Assembly (NCBI GenBank): GCA_040218735.1
Contig: JAVJQW010000041.1
Span: 96,001 to 160,000 of the forward strand
Length of the DNA stretch: 64,000 nt
DNA from: Deltaproteobacteria bacterium
GTDB lineage: Bacteria; Myxococcota; Kuafuiibacteriia; Kuafuiibacteriales; Kuafuiibacteriaceae
Direction: 5' to 3'
Program-made: the position numbers and the translations under genes
Notes under the pieces: generated by a model
Told to the model about the DNA's origin: nothing
Databases searched by the model: none
What the model saw: the letters and a program-made list of their open reading frames with translations, nothing else
Shown here: in pieces, positions 18,369 to 28,252 of the stretch
Position numbering within the stretch: position 1 is the stretch's first letter
Layout: each line of letters starts with the position of its first letter

Positions 18369-18965
18369 TTACTTCGTGAGCGCCGCGCGGTAGCGGCGCT
18401 TCGCGGTGGTCAGCGAGGGCGCGTCGACGTTTGCGAGGAGCAGGCCGAGGTCCAGGTCCGGCAGCAGCTCGCTGCGCGCCACCTTCACGTAGTGCTCGCC
18501 GCGCAAGACGAACACCTCGATGCGTTCGTTCTTCCACCACCACAGCTCGCCCACGCCGAGTCCGCGGTAGATCTCCAGCTTGTCGAGGCCGCCCGACGTC
18601 CACACCACCTCGATCGCGAGGTCGGGGACGTCCTTCTTCAGCGGCTCGAGGCCCAGCACGTAACACTCGTCGGGCTCCGCCCCGCGCTCGCGCGGTTGGT
18701 TCTTCAGCAGCCAAGACCCGTAGGGACTGATCTCGATGTCGAACACCTCCGCGTACGTCTCGACGAGACCGCCGATCCACGATTTCAGGTGTTCGTGGTG
18801 GCGCGAGGGGCTCATGAGCTCGAGCTCCCCTTCGAGGTACTTGATGCGTGGGCTCGGGGCGTCACCGCGCATCGCGAGGAACGCCTCGAAGTCCTCCCAC
18901 GACACGTTGTGGAGGATGACCCGCTGATCGAAGTCCTCGATTCCGCCGCTTCTTTCGAGCATCAC
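18369..18965 (-). CDS. Uma2 (DUF820) family endonuclease-fold protein
   Basis: LHNVSWEDF, YLEGELELMSPS..HE, EPDECY, PDLAIEV, KLEIYRGLGVGELW. Confidence 0.9.
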   Translation of the reverse strand: MMLERSGGIEDFDQRVILHNVSWEDFEAFLAMRGDAPSPRIKYLEGELELMSPSRHHEHLKSWIGGLVETYAEVFDIEISPYGSWLLKNQPRERGAEPDECYVLGLEPLKKDVPDLAIEVVWTSGGLDKLEIYRGLGVGELWWWKNERIEVFVLRGEHYVKVARSELLPDLDLGLLLANVDAPSLTTAKRRYRAALTK

Positions 18966-19012
18966 GAATCACCCTAGCACCGCTGAGTCCCGCGTTTCGC
19001 TAACCTCCCCCC

Positions 19013-19546
19013 GTGCGCCTCGCCGTCGACCTCGTCATCCTCCCCGACCCCGCGCTCACCGCGTGGGCGATCGCCGCCAACCGCACCCTCACCGATCGCC
19101 GACTCCCGCTCGGCGACGGCGGCGGGCTCCCGCACGTCTCGCTCTCGATGGGTACGATCGAAGACCACGAGATCGACCGCGTCGCCGATGCCCTCGACGC
19201 GCTCGATGCGCCCGAGCTCGTCCCCACCGCGATCGACACCGCCAGCGGCGTCGCCGTCCTCCGCATCGAGCGCACGCCCCTGCTCGTCGCGCTGCACGAA
19301 GCCGTCATGGGGATCGAGCTGTCGCGCGAGGTCGACGCGACCATGCTCGTCGGCCCGCCCGACGAACGCGCCGTGTCCTGGATCCGCACCTACCCCGAGA
19401 AGGCCGCGTTCGAACGCTTCGACCCGCACGTGACCCTCGGTGTCGGCGTGCCCGACGCCGCGCCCTTCGCTCCGCGTTATCCGCCCGGACGCCTCGCGCT
19501 GTGTCACCTCGGGCCGTTCTGCACTTGTCGGCGCGTGTTACGGTGA
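19013..19546 (+). CDS. 2H phosphoesterase (2'-5' RNA ligase superfamily)
   Basis: Two Hx[S/T] motifs, PHVSL and PHVTL. Confidence 0.75.
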   Translation: MRLAVDLVILPDPALTAWAIAANRTLTDRRLPLGDGGGLPHVSLSMGTIEDHEIDRVADALDALDAPELVPTAIDTASGVAVLRIERTPLLVALHEAVMGIELSREVDATMLVGPPDERAVSWIRTYPEKAAFERFDPHVTLGVGVPDAAPFAPRYPPGRLALCHLGPFCTCRRVLR

Positions 19547-19556
19547 CTCGAAGATC

Positions 19557-19919
19557 ATGAAGACCGTGACCATCACCAAGGACAACTTCGAATCCACCAT
19601 CGCCGAGAACGACGTCGTCTTCTTCGACTTCTGGGCGAGCTGGTGCGGGCCCTGCCGCTTCTTCGCTCCGATCTTCGAAGCCGCCGCCGAGAAACACCCC
19701 GACATCGTCTTCGGCAAGATCGACACCGAGGCGCAGCCCGAGCTCGCTCAGGCGCTCCGCATCTCGTCCATCCCCACCGTGATGGCCTTCAAGGAGCAGA
19801 TCGGGATCATGGCGCAGCCGGGCGCGCTCCCCGCCGAGGCGTTCGAGGACGTCATCGAGCAGGTGAAGAAGCTCGACATGGACGAGGTCCGCAAGGAGCT
19901 CGAAGCCCAACAGGCCTGA
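19557..19919 (+). CDS. trxA: Thioredoxin
   Basis: DFWASWCGPC, ISSIPT. Confidence 0.9.
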   Translation: MKTVTITKDNFESTIAENDVVFFDFWASWCGPCRFFAPIFEAAAEKHPDIVFGKIDTEAQPELAQALRISSIPTVMAFKEQIGIMAQPGALPAEAFEDVIEQVKKLDMDEVRKELEAQQA

Positions 19920-19926
19920 GCCCCGA

Positions 19927-20631
19927 TCACTCCTCGCCGGACGCCAACGCCCCGGGGCGGTTCGCCTCCAACCACTCGAGCTGCTGCTCCGTGTGCCACT
20001 CGACGAGCTGCGCGTAGAGGTCCTTCGTCGCGCGCTTCTGCGCCGCGACCGAGCTCGCCTCGCGCGACATCAACAGGAACGTGTCGCGCCCGTTCGGTCC
20101 GTCGTAGGTCACGCGGATCCACGGGAGGTACGGGAGCGCCGCGACCGGCACCAGGTCGAAGCCGTAGATGTCGTCCTGCGCGAGCACCAAGACGTTGCCC
20201 TCGGTGAGCACCGTCAGGTGCGTCGGCGTCCACCGTAAGAAGCCCACGTTGTCGTCGGTCTCCAGACGCAGCGCCATCGCGCGGTTGTTCTTCGTCTCGC
20301 AGATGCCGACGAAGTGACCGCCCTGCGCGATCGCGCCGAGCCGCTCCTCGAGCTGCCGGCGCAGCCGCTGGTTCCCGAACAACACCACGCGTGACAACCC
20401 GAGCGCCGCGCTCGACAGCCCCAGCGCGAGCCCCGCGATGCCGCCGAGGGCGCCGCCGAGCAGCACGCCGCCGATCGTCGCGACCGCGGGCCCCAGCCCC
20501 ACGACCAAGCTCACGCCCGCCATCACGGGCACGCCGACCACGAGTTTGTGGCGGGCGAAGACTTCCGCCTCGCGCGCCTCGAGCGCTCCCGCGGTGGTGG
20601 TCGTCAGCTTCGTCGACACGCCGAATTTCAT
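19927..20631 (-). CDS. Hypothetical membrane protein
   Basis: Gly-rich hydrophobic N-terminal helices followed by a soluble domain; fills the gap between neighbours. Confidence 0.6.
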   Translation of the reverse strand: MKFGVSTKLTTTTAGALEAREAEVFARHKLVVGVPVMAGVSLVVGLGPAVATIGGVLLGGALGGIAGLALGLSSAALGLSRVVLFGNQRLRRQLEERLGAIAQGGHFVGICETKNNRAMALRLETDDNVGFLRWTPTHLTVLTEGNVLVLAQDDIYGFDLVPVAALPYLPWIRVTYDGPNGRDTFLLMSREASSVAAQKRATKDLYAQLVEWHTEQQLEWLEANRPGALASGEE

Positions 20632-20704
20632 CCTAACGATCGCGACCGCACCACGCCACCTTGCCCCGCCTCACGGCGCGCGGTACTTCAGTCGCCCAGG
20701 TCAG

Positions 20705-21541
20705 ATGGCGAAGAAGGGACAGAAGAACCGCGGCGCGAAGAAGCCGAAGAACCGCAACAAGCCGAAGATCCAGGTCGCGGCGGACGCGGACCTTCGCTTC
20801 GTCGAACAGCACGTGGAGAACTGGATGAAAGGGGTGACCGAGGCCGGGCAGGCCCTGATCACCCTCGGTCGCGACGCCGCTTACACCGTCCGCGCGCTCG
20901 CCGAAGAGACCGACAACAAGGAGCTGCGCGAATTCGCTGCGAAGCTCGCCGCGATTCCGCCGCAGGTCGACACCAACCTCGACGCGCTGCGGGAGCAGTC
21001 CGTCCGCGACCACCTCGAAGCCCAGCGAAAGGCCGCCGCCGCGCCTTCCGAGGTGGACGACTTCACCATCGCCGGCGGCGCGATAGCGCTGTTCGATCCG
21101 AAGCGGGTCATGAACGACCTCGTGCACCACGGCCGCCCCCGCAAGGACCCGTCGCGTCTCCTCGCCGGCGACGTCGCTTGCCTCGGCCTCCCGAAGCCCG
21201 AGGCGACGCCGGTGCGCTTCGTCGAGGATGCCCCGCCCGAGGATGCACCTACGGTTCGCATACGCCTCAAGGTCGAATCGGGCGTCGTGCTCGTCGGGCC
21301 GCAGGAGGCGTCGGACGGGCCGCGCATGGGCGTCGTCCGGAAGAACCCGTTCGGCACGGCCATCGACGAGCACCTCGAGCGCGCCCGGTTCCTGAAGCTC
21401 AAGCCCGGGACCTACGCGGTGTTTGCCTACCTCGACGCGGAAGGCGCGCTCGTCGTCCACCTGGTGAAGGACCGCGACGCCGCGTCCAACGAGGTCGTCG
21501 ACATCGTGGGCGCTGCCCAGCCCCCGACCTACAACGGGTGA
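20705..21541 (+). CDS. Hypothetical protein
   Basis: ATG 20705 (MAKKGQKNRG...), strong GC3 codon bias. Confidence 0.65.
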   Translation: MAKKGQKNRGAKKPKNRNKPKIQVAADADLRFVEQHVENWMKGVTEAGQALITLGRDAAYTVRALAEETDNKELREFAAKLAAIPPQVDTNLDALREQSVRDHLEAQRKAAAAPSEVDDFTIAGGAIALFDPKRVMNDLVHHGRPRKDPSRLLAGDVACLGLPKPEATPVRFVEDAPPEDAPTVRIRLKVESGVVLVGPQEASDGPRMGVVRKNPFGTAIDEHLERARFLKLKPGTYAVFAYLDAEGALVVHLVKDRDAASNEVVDIVGAAQPPTYNG

Positions 21542-21545
21542 AGCC

Positions 21546-23924
21546 TCAGGGGCGCGCTCGTCCACGCCCCAGCACGACGAGGCCCAGCGCGATGACCAGC
21601 CCGAGCGCCGATGCCGCCGCCCAGTCGTACGTGAACGCGATGTACTCGAACCGAAGGCGGTGGCGCCCCGCGGGCACGTGCAGGGCCATGAAGCCGAGGT
21701 CGGCGTCGTGGATCGGGGTGGGCTCGTCGTCGACGGACGCGCGCCACGCCGGCATCCGGACCTCGAGGATCGAGACGAGCGCCGGACAGCTCAGGTCGAC
21801 GTCGATCCGAATGTCGTCGAGGTCGCCGGTCTCGACGATCGTCGCGGTCGACGTCCGCGCGCAGGTGAGCGCCGCGCTGCTCGTCGCGACCGCGGGCGCG
21901 GGAACACCGGGCGTCGTCACGAACGCTTCGCTTCGCCTCGTGTCGTCTCGCATGACTTCGAAGACCGCGCGCGACGTCAGCTGCGCCTCCGGGACGTACC
22001 GGTAGAGTGGATGAAGCGCGACGTACGGGCGCGCGTCGATGGTCTGTACGTACTGCGGTACCCCGTTCGGGATCTCGAACGATCGCACACGGTCGCCCGG
22101 CATCCGCGCGTGGCTGGCCAGCACTCGAACGCCCGCGCGTTCGAAGAGCGCCACTGCGTCGCCGCCGCGGGCGCGCTGGGCCAACGAGAAGAGCGCCGCC
22201 GAGCTCGGGTGGCTCAGCCCCTCGTTGTCGAGATCATCGAAGCCCCGCACGTAACCGTAGAGCCCGGCGCCGCGCGTGTACTCGTCTCGGTAGATGGCCT
22301 CTCCGTGTGATTCGCCGTCGAGGCGTTCGACCTTCGGCCGGCGGTTGCCCGGCGTAAACACGTAGTGACGCAACCGGGCGTCCGAGAGCGCTTCGACGAG
22401 CGCCGGCGGCGGCGGCGGATCCGTCCGCACCGCGAGGAGGTGGCGGTGCGATCCCACCGCGAGGTCCGCGAACAGCACCACGACGAGGACGATCGTAAGC
22501 GCTCGCCACCGGCGCATCGCGACGGCGACCACGGCGGCCAGGACCCCGAACCCCAGCGCGTGCCGCGCACTCGCGGACAGCGAGGCGACGGCGAGGTCGG
22601 CGTACTGCGACGGCGCGACGTCGAACGCCGACCCGAGCGCCGCGCTCTTGGAGAGTGCGGCGTCCACGACCGCGTGCACCTCTGGAAGCCCCAGCGATTG
22701 GACCGTGCTCGCCGCGAGGACGATGCTCGGCACGAACACCAGCGCGATCAACCGGGGCCCGCGGGCGAGGGCACGAAGGCCGAACGGGGCGAGCGCGGCG
22801 AGCGCGGCCGCGACCACGACGGTCAGCTTCACGGGGTAGCGACCGTTCGAGAGGATCGGCAGCGCGTGAAGCCAGCGGTAGATCGGTAGCGTGGTGCCGA
22901 GCGTCGCCGCGAGGAAGAAGAGCGCGACGAGCAGCAACACGAACGCGAGTCGCCGGTCACGAGCGTCGCGGGTGAACACCGCGGCCAGCGCGATCGGCAG
23001 CCCGACGCCGAGGTACAGCGAATAGAGGTACGGATGCGTGAGGCCCTCGACCGTCAGGAGATCGTGGAACGCGACCTCCGGGACGTGCGGTGAGTGGAAG
23101 AACGTGGGGAACACCAGCTCGAGCAGGCCCCAGGGGGGTGTCGACCACGCGAGCGCGGACGCGAGCCCGAACCCCTCGCCGCGCTGGGTCGACGACAGCC
23201 CGACGAGCGTCGGCACGAGCTCGATCGCCGCGACCGTGAACCCGAGCGCGCCGGCGATCAACAGGAGGCCGACGACTCGGAGGTCGAACGCGGCGCCGCG
23301 CCGCCGGAGCGCGTAGACGAGGAACGTGGCCGCGACGACGTCGACCACGACGGCGACGGGGGTGATCGCCTGGAGGTGGAATCCGAGGAGCAGCGCGACG
23401 AGCCCCACCCCGCGCCAGCTACGCGCGGTGAAGAGGTGGACGACGGCCCACAGCACCCAGGGGATCCACGCGAGCCCCTGAAGGATCACGAGGAGGTTCT
23501 CGAACGACAGGAGGGGCCCCGACAGGCCGAACGCCGCGGACGCGAGCGCCTCGGTCGACGTCGCACCGAGGGTGCGCGCGAGGCAGAAGGCGCCGCCGCA
23601 GAGGAGCAGGACGTGGCCGGCGACGAAGAGATCGTAGGCGACCTCGAACGGGAGCAGCGCGAAGATCGCCGTCATCGGCGTGTAGGTCCCGTTGAGGATG
23701 TGCTCGAGCGGGACGTTGGTGTCGCTGGCGAGGGTCCGGACGGGCAGCCGACCGTGGCCGAGGCTCTCGACGACCCACCACCACCGGTCTTGGAAGGCGA
23801 AGCGGTGGTCCCGGAGCATGGACAGGTGTCCAGGTCCCAGGACGCGACCGAAGGCCGCAACGACGCCCCCGACGAGCAGGATCAGCGGGGCGATTCGCTG
23901 GGCGAGGCGTTTCTCGGGGGACAT
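21546..23924 (-). CDS. YfhO-like multi-pass membrane protein (GT-C fold glycosyltransferase-like)
   Basis: Many TM helices, RYPVK motif, C-terminal W.A.VD...G(F/L)MA..VPAGRH signature. Confidence 0.75.
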   Translation of the reverse strand: MSPEKRLAQRIAPLILLVGGVVAAFGRVLGPGHLSMLRDHRFAFQDRWWWVVESLGHGRLPVRTLASDTNVPLEHILNGTYTPMTAIFALLPFEVAYDLFVAGHVLLLCGGAFCLARTLGATSTEALASAAFGLSGPLLSFENLLVILQGLAWIPWVLWAVVHLFTARSWRGVGLVALLLGFHLQAITPVAVVVDVVAATFLVYALRRRGAAFDLRVVGLLLIAGALGFTVAAIELVPTLVGLSSTQRGEGFGLASALAWSTPPWGLLELVFPTFFHSPHVPEVAFHDLLTVEGLTHPYLYSLYLGVGLPIALAAVFTRDARDRRLAFVLLLVALFFLAATLGTTLPIYRWLHALPILSNGRYPVKLTVVVAAALAALAPFGLRALARGPRLIALVFVPSIVLAASTVQSLGLPEVHAVVDAALSKSAALGSAFDVAPSQYADLAVASLSASARHALGFGVLAAVVAVAMRRWRALTIVLVVVLFADLAVGSHRHLLAVRTDPPPPPALVEALSDARLRHYVFTPGNRRPKVERLDGESHGEAIYRDEYTRGAGLYGYVRGFDDLDNEGLSHPSSAALFSLAQRARGGDAVALFERAGVRVLASHARMPGDRVRSFEIPNGVPQYVQTIDARPYVALHPLYRYVPEAQLTSRAVFEVMRDDTRRSEAFVTTPGVPAPAVATSSAALTCARTSTATIVETGDLDDIRIDVDLSCPALVSILEVRMPAWRASVDDEPTPIHDADLGFMALHVPAGRHRLRFEYIAFTYDWAAASALGLVIALGLVVLGRGRARP

Positions 23925-24043
23925 TCGGGGCCGCGACGAAGTATCCACGAGGCCCCTGGCAGCGTAAAGGCGGGCGCGCGGGCGAGACGTCCTGAAAAAA
24001 GGGCTAGGCCAGCGGCCCTTCAAGTGATAGCTACCCCGTTCTC

Positions 24044-24247
24044 ATGCCGAAGATGAAGACGAAGCGGGCCGCTGCGAAGCGCTTCCGCGTGACCGGCAAA
24101 GGCAAGTTCAAGCACGCCAAGAAGGGGCGTCGCCACATCCTTTCGAACAAGAATCGGAAGCGGAAGCGTCGCTTGAACGAGACGGCTTACATCCACCCCT
24201 CGGATGAGGTGCACCTCAAGGTCACCATGCCGTACTACAACCAGTAG
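24044..24247 (+). CDS. rpmI: 50S ribosomal protein L35
   Basis: MPKMKTKRAAAKRFRVTGKGK...RRHIL. Confidence 0.97.
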   Translation: MPKMKTKRAAAKRFRVTGKGKFKHAKKGRRHILSNKNRKRKRRLNETAYIHPSDEVHLKVTMPYYNQ

Positions 24248-24268
24248 TCGAGCGAAGGACAACGAACC

Positions 24269-24616
24269 ATGGCTAGGGCAACCCGAGGCGTCAAAGGACG
24301 TCGTCGCCACAAGAAGTGGCTCAAGCTTGCGAAGGGCGCGTTCGGGCGTCGTTCCACGATCATCAAGTCCGCGAAGGCGACGGCCGAGAAGGGCCTGCAG
24401 CACGCCTACGTGGCGCGCCGTCTGAACAAGCGCAACTACCGGCGCCTGTGGATCGTCCGCATCAACGCGGCGGTTCGTCAGCACGGCAGCACGTACAGCC
24501 GCTTCATGGCCGGACTGAAGAAGCACAACATCGAGATCGATCGTAAGATCCTCGCGGACCTCGCCGTCTCCGATCCCAAGGCGATCGCCGCGCTCGTGAC
24601 TCAGGCCTCCGCCTGA
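24269..24616 (+). CDS. rplT: 50S ribosomal protein L20
   Basis: [33 protein letters not shown]; AAGGA SD upstream. Confidence 0.97.
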   Translation: MARATRGVKGRRRHKKWLKLAKGAFGRRSTIIKSAKATAEKGLQHAYVARRLNKRNYRRLWIVRINAAVRQHGSTYSRFMAGLKKHNIEIDRKILADLAVSDPKAIAALVTQASA

Positions 24617-24677
24617 TCGCTTCCCACATCGCGTGATCCTCGCCACGACGCTTGCGTCGCTCGGGATACGTGCCACC

Positions 24678-25475
24678 ATGGGCTCCCTCATGCGCCGTGG
24701 TCTGATCCTCATCTTCGCGCTCACCGCGTGCGGCACGCTGTCGCCGCAGGCGCAGCGCATCAAGATGGTCAGCAAGCCGGAGACCCGCGACTGCCACTTC
24801 CTCTCCGTCGTCTACGGCGGCAAACAGGCGGGCGACCTCTTCCCGAAGAACACCGCGCTCGAGGCCGCCGCCGGCATGGGCGCGACCCACGCCGTCGAGC
24901 TGTACGACGGCGCAGGCAAGTACACCGCCGACGCCTACGACTGTAACCAGCGCCCCATCGCCGTCGCCGCGAAGGCGCCTCCGCCGCCGCCCGCGCCGAA
25001 GCCGGATCCTCAACCCGAGGTCATCGAAGCGTCGGCGGGGATGGCCGCGCCGCCGCCCGCGTCTCGCGGTCAGGACTGGGTCGTCGCCGTGATGAACGTC
25101 GAAGGTAAAGCCAGCGCGCTCGACGACCAGCTCCTCGTCAACGTCGGCAGCCAGCTCCGCATCACCATCGCGACGAAGGGCGTGCGCACGATCGATCGCG
25201 GCGCGCTCGAATCGCAGATCAAGGAGATGAAGGGGCAGAGCTACGACGCTTGTTACGACGACAAGTGCCAGATCGAGCTCGGCAAGGCCCTCGCCGCGAG
25301 CCACATCCTGCGCACGCAGGTCACGCGCTTCGGGCGCGTCTGTGTGCTGAATGGCGAGCTGATCGACCTGCGCGCCGAGGTCACCGTCGGCGCCGCGTCC
25401 GCCAAGGGCAACTGCACCGACGAAGGTTTCCTTGGCATGATCGATCGCGTCGCCGCGGACCTTGTGGGTTCCTGA
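24678..25475 (+). CDS. Lipoprotein with DUF4156-like N-terminal domain and CsgG/TolB-N-like C-terminal domain
   Basis: LTACG lipobox, C.FL...A...GATH...AY.C pattern, Pro-rich linker, CYDDKCQIELGKALAA motif. Confidence 0.6.
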   Translation: MGSLMRRGLILIFALTACGTLSPQAQRIKMVSKPETRDCHFLSVVYGGKQAGDLFPKNTALEAAAGMGATHAVELYDGAGKYTADAYDCNQRPIAVAAKAPPPPPAPKPDPQPEVIEASAGMAAPPPASRGQDWVVAVMNVEGKASALDDQLLVNVGSQLRITIATKGVRTIDRGALESQIKEMKGQSYDACYDDKCQIELGKALAASHILRTQVTRFGRVCVLNGELIDLRAEVTVGAASAKGNCTDEGFLGMIDRVAADLVGS

Positions 25476-25504
25476 GTCGTCGGTTCCTGAGCCGTCGGCT
25501 CCCG

Positions 25505-26083
25505 TTACATCGCGAGGAAGTTCTCGAGGATCTGCGGGCCCTCGGGGGTCCCGATCGACTCGGGGTGGAATTGCAGCCCGAACAGCGGGTGCGTTCGGTG
25601 CGCGAGCCCCATGATGATCCCCTCCGCCGTCCGCGCCGTCACGCGCAGGTCGTCGGGCACCGTCTCCGGATCCACGACGAGGCTGTGGTAGCGCATCCCG
25701 ACGATCGGAGACGGCAGCCCGGCGAGCACCCCGGTGCCGTCGTGTTCGATGGCGCTCGTCTTTCCGTGCCGGGGTTGCTCGCGGACGATCGACGCCCCGT
25801 AGACCGCGCCGATCACCTGGTGCCCTAGGCACACGCCAAGCGTCGGCACCCGGGGTGAAAGCGTGCGCACGAGCTCGGGACACACGCCCACGTACGCGGG
25901 GCGCGCCGGGTCGCCGGGGCCCGGCGACAGCACGAGGTGCGTCGGGTCGAGCGCGGCGATTGCGTCGACGGTGGTCTGGTCGTTCCTCAGCACCGTCGCG
26001 GCGGTCCCGGTGAGCTCACCGATCCGCTGGTAGAGGTTGAAGACGTAGGAGTCGTAGTTGTCGACGAGCACGACCCGCATCAC
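25505..26083 (-). CDS. pabA: Aminodeoxychorismate/anthranilate synthase component II (glutamine amidotransferase)
   Basis: DNYDSY, LSPGPG, GVCLGHQ, RYHSL, QFHPES. Confidence 0.9.
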   Translation of the reverse strand: MMRVVLVDNYDSYVFNLYQRIGELTGTAATVLRNDQTTVDAIAALDPTHLVLSPGPGDPARPAYVGVCPELVRTLSPRVPTLGVCLGHQVIGAVYGASIVREQPRHGKTSAIEHDGTGVLAGLPSPIVGMRYHSLVVDPETVPDDLRVTARTAEGIIMGLAHRTHPLFGLQFHPESIGTPEGPQILENFLAM

Positions 26084-27543
26084 GTCGCCTCGATCGCCGC
26101 GAGGAGCGCGGCCGCTTTGTCGAGCGTCTCTTGGTACTCCTCCTCGGCGTCGGAGTCCGCGACGATCGCGCCGCCGGTGTGGAAGTGGATGCGCTCCTCC
26201 TCGACGATCATCGTGCGGATGACGATGCTGAGATCCGCGGCGCCGTCGAACCCGATGTAGCCGATCGTCCCGGAGAAGATGCCGCGCTTCGTCGGTTCGA
26301 GGCGGTCGATGATCTTCATCGCTTCGATCTTCGGCGCGCCGGTCATCGAGCCGGCGGGGAACGCGGCGCGGAGCACGTCGACGACGCCGAGGCCTTCGCG
26401 GAGTCGTCCGTGGACGGTCGACACCATCTGGTGCGTGAACGCAAACGACTCGATCGCCTGGAGGTCGTCGACGCCGATCGTTCCGAAGGCGCAGACACGG
26501 CCGAGATCGTTCCGCACCAGATCCACGATCATGATGTTCTCGGCGCGGTCCTTCTCGCTGTTTGCGAGCGCGGTTCTCAGCGCTTCGTCCTCCGCCGCCG
26601 TCGCACCCCGGGGACGCGTGCCCTTGATGGGGCGGCTCTCGACGCGGCCGTCGGTGTCGAGCGCCAAGAAACGCTCCGGCGAGGAAGAGACGACGGCGCG
26701 CTCCGGCGACTTCAGCAGCGCGGAGAAGGGCGCCGGGCTGATCGTCGCGAGGGCGTCGTACAGCTCGAGGGGGTCACGCCGCTGCGCCACCTCGAAGCGG
26801 TTGCTCGTGCAGACCTCGAAGGCGTCCCCCGCGCGGATGTGGTCCTTCACGGTCTCGACGACGCGCACGTACTCGGCGCGCGAGAGCACCGGCGCGACGC
26901 CGGCGTCGAGGAGGCGACGTTCGTCGAGGCGCCGCCGGTCGACGTTGATCGGCGGGCGCGTGGACACCGAGGCCGGCAGATCGGCGACCAGCGCGGCGCG
27001 GCGGGAGAGGGCGTCGTCCTCGGCGGCCTCGGGCGTGGTGCCGAACCCGTTCGCGACCACGTAGGCTTCGCGGGCGTCGAAGACCACGGCGTCGAGGAAG
27101 AGGCCGAGGTCGAGGTCGGGCGCGGGGCGATCGTCCCGGCCGAGATCGGGCACGTCCTCGATCGCGTACAGCACCTCGTACCCGATGTAGCCGACGAGGC
27201 CGCCGGTGAAGGGGAGCCCGCGCGTGTCGCCGCGTCGTTCAATGCGCGCGAAGCGCTCCGTCAGCGCGGCGAGTCGATCGAGGGGCGAGCCGTGCACGAC
27301 CGTCGAGCGCCCCGGGGGCCCCTCTTCGTAGCGGTTGCGTCGGCCGACGATGCGCCACGCGGGGGCCTTCGCGACGACGTGATGGCGGGCGAGGGGGTGG
27401 CTCGCGTCGGTGCTCTCCAGCACCACGAGGTGGTCCGCGTCGCGCCACGAGAACGCGAGGTCCCGCGCGGCCGCACACACGACGGGCTCGACGAGCCGGT
27501 GCAGGTACGGCGCGTCGAGGACCTCAGGAAGAGAAGACGTCAT
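26080..27543 (-). CDS. pabB: Aminodeoxychorismate synthase component I
   Basis: SSPERFL, SRPIKGT (PabB-type Lys where TrpE has PIAGT), EKDRAENIMIVDLVRNDLG, GSMTGAPK; ATG at 27543. Confidence 0.85.
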   Translation of the reverse strand: MTSSLPEVLDAPYLHRLVEPVVCAAARDLAFSWRDADHLVVLESTDASHPLARHHVVAKAPAWRIVGRRNRYEEGPPGRSTVVHGSPLDRLAALTERFARIERRGDTRGLPFTGGLVGYIGYEVLYAIEDVPDLGRDDRPAPDLDLGLFLDAVVFDAREAYVVANGFGTTPEAAEDDALSRRAALVADLPASVSTRPPINVDRRRLDERRLLDAGVAPVLSRAEYVRVVETVKDHIRAGDAFEVCTSNRFEVAQRRDPLELYDALATISPAPFSALLKSPERAVVSSSPERFLALDTDGRVESRPIKGTRPRGATAAEDEALRTALANSEKDRAENIMIVDLVRNDLGRVCAFGTIGVDDLQAIESFAFTHQMVSTVHGRLREGLGVVDVLRAAFPAGSMTGAPKIEAMKIIDRLEPTKRGIFSGTIGYIGFDGAADLSIVIRTMIVEEERIHFHTGGAIVADSDAEEEYQETLDKAAALLAAIEAT

Positions 27544-28207
27544 AGCCCGCCGCGGTCTTCGGGCGCGCCAGGCAGCGCTGCACCCACGGCTCGACGTTGG
27601 CGTACGACGCGTAGTCGAGGTGTTCCTCCGCCTTGTAGAACTCGATGCCGCGGACCCACGGGAACGTCGCGACGTCGGCGATCGTGTACGTGTCGCCCAC
27701 GAGGAACGGGCGGTCGGCGAGGCGTGCATCGAGGACGCCGAGCAGACGCTTGGTCTCCTTCGTGTAGCGCTCCTCGCCGTAGCTGTCGGTCTTGCCCTTC
27801 GCGAACATGTAGAAGTGACCGAACTGGCCGAACATCGGACCGACGCTCGCGATCTGGAACGCGAGCCACTGCAGCGTCTCCCATCGGCCGGCGGCGTCGC
27901 TGGGGATGAGCTTGCCGGTCTTCTCGGCGAGGTACTGAAGGATGACGGCGGACTCCATCAGCGCGATGGGTTCGTCGTTCGGTCCGTGCGGGTCGAGCAT
28001 CGCGGGGATCTTGGAGTTCGGGTTGATGCGCACGAACTCCGGATCGAACTGCTCGTCCTTCAGGATGTTGATCGTGTGGAGGTCGTAGGGCAGCTCCATC
28101 TCTTCGAGCGCGATGGTCAGCTTGCGCCCGTTGGGCGTGCCGAAAGTGTACGCCTGGATGTTGTCGGGGTTCTTGGCGGGCCAGCGGGAGGGGAAGGTTG
28201 CGCTCAT
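27524..28207 (-). CDS. Glutathione S-transferase, YfcG/YghU-like
   Basis: TPNG, INPNSKIP, ESAVIL, GPMFGQ motifs. Confidence 0.9.
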   Translation of the reverse strand: MSATFPSRWPAKNPDNIQAYTFGTPNGRKLTIALEEMELPYDLHTINILKDEQFDPEFVRINPNSKIPAMLDPHGPNDEPIALMESAVILQYLAEKTGKLIPSDAAGRWETLQWLAFQIASVGPMFGQFGHFYMFAKGKTDSYGEERYTKETKRLLGVLDARLADRPFLVGDTYTIADVATFPWVRGIEFYKAEEHLDYASYANVEPWVQRCLARPKTAAGYDVFSS

Positions 28208-28252
28208 CGCCGCGGAGTCTTTCGCCGCGACGAATCCCCGGTCAAGGCGCGA

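Noticed and set aside
25467-25503. 15-bp near-tandem duplication GGTTCCTGAG(T/C)CGTC
   Set aside because: Two copies between convergent stops with no element attached; probably slippage.
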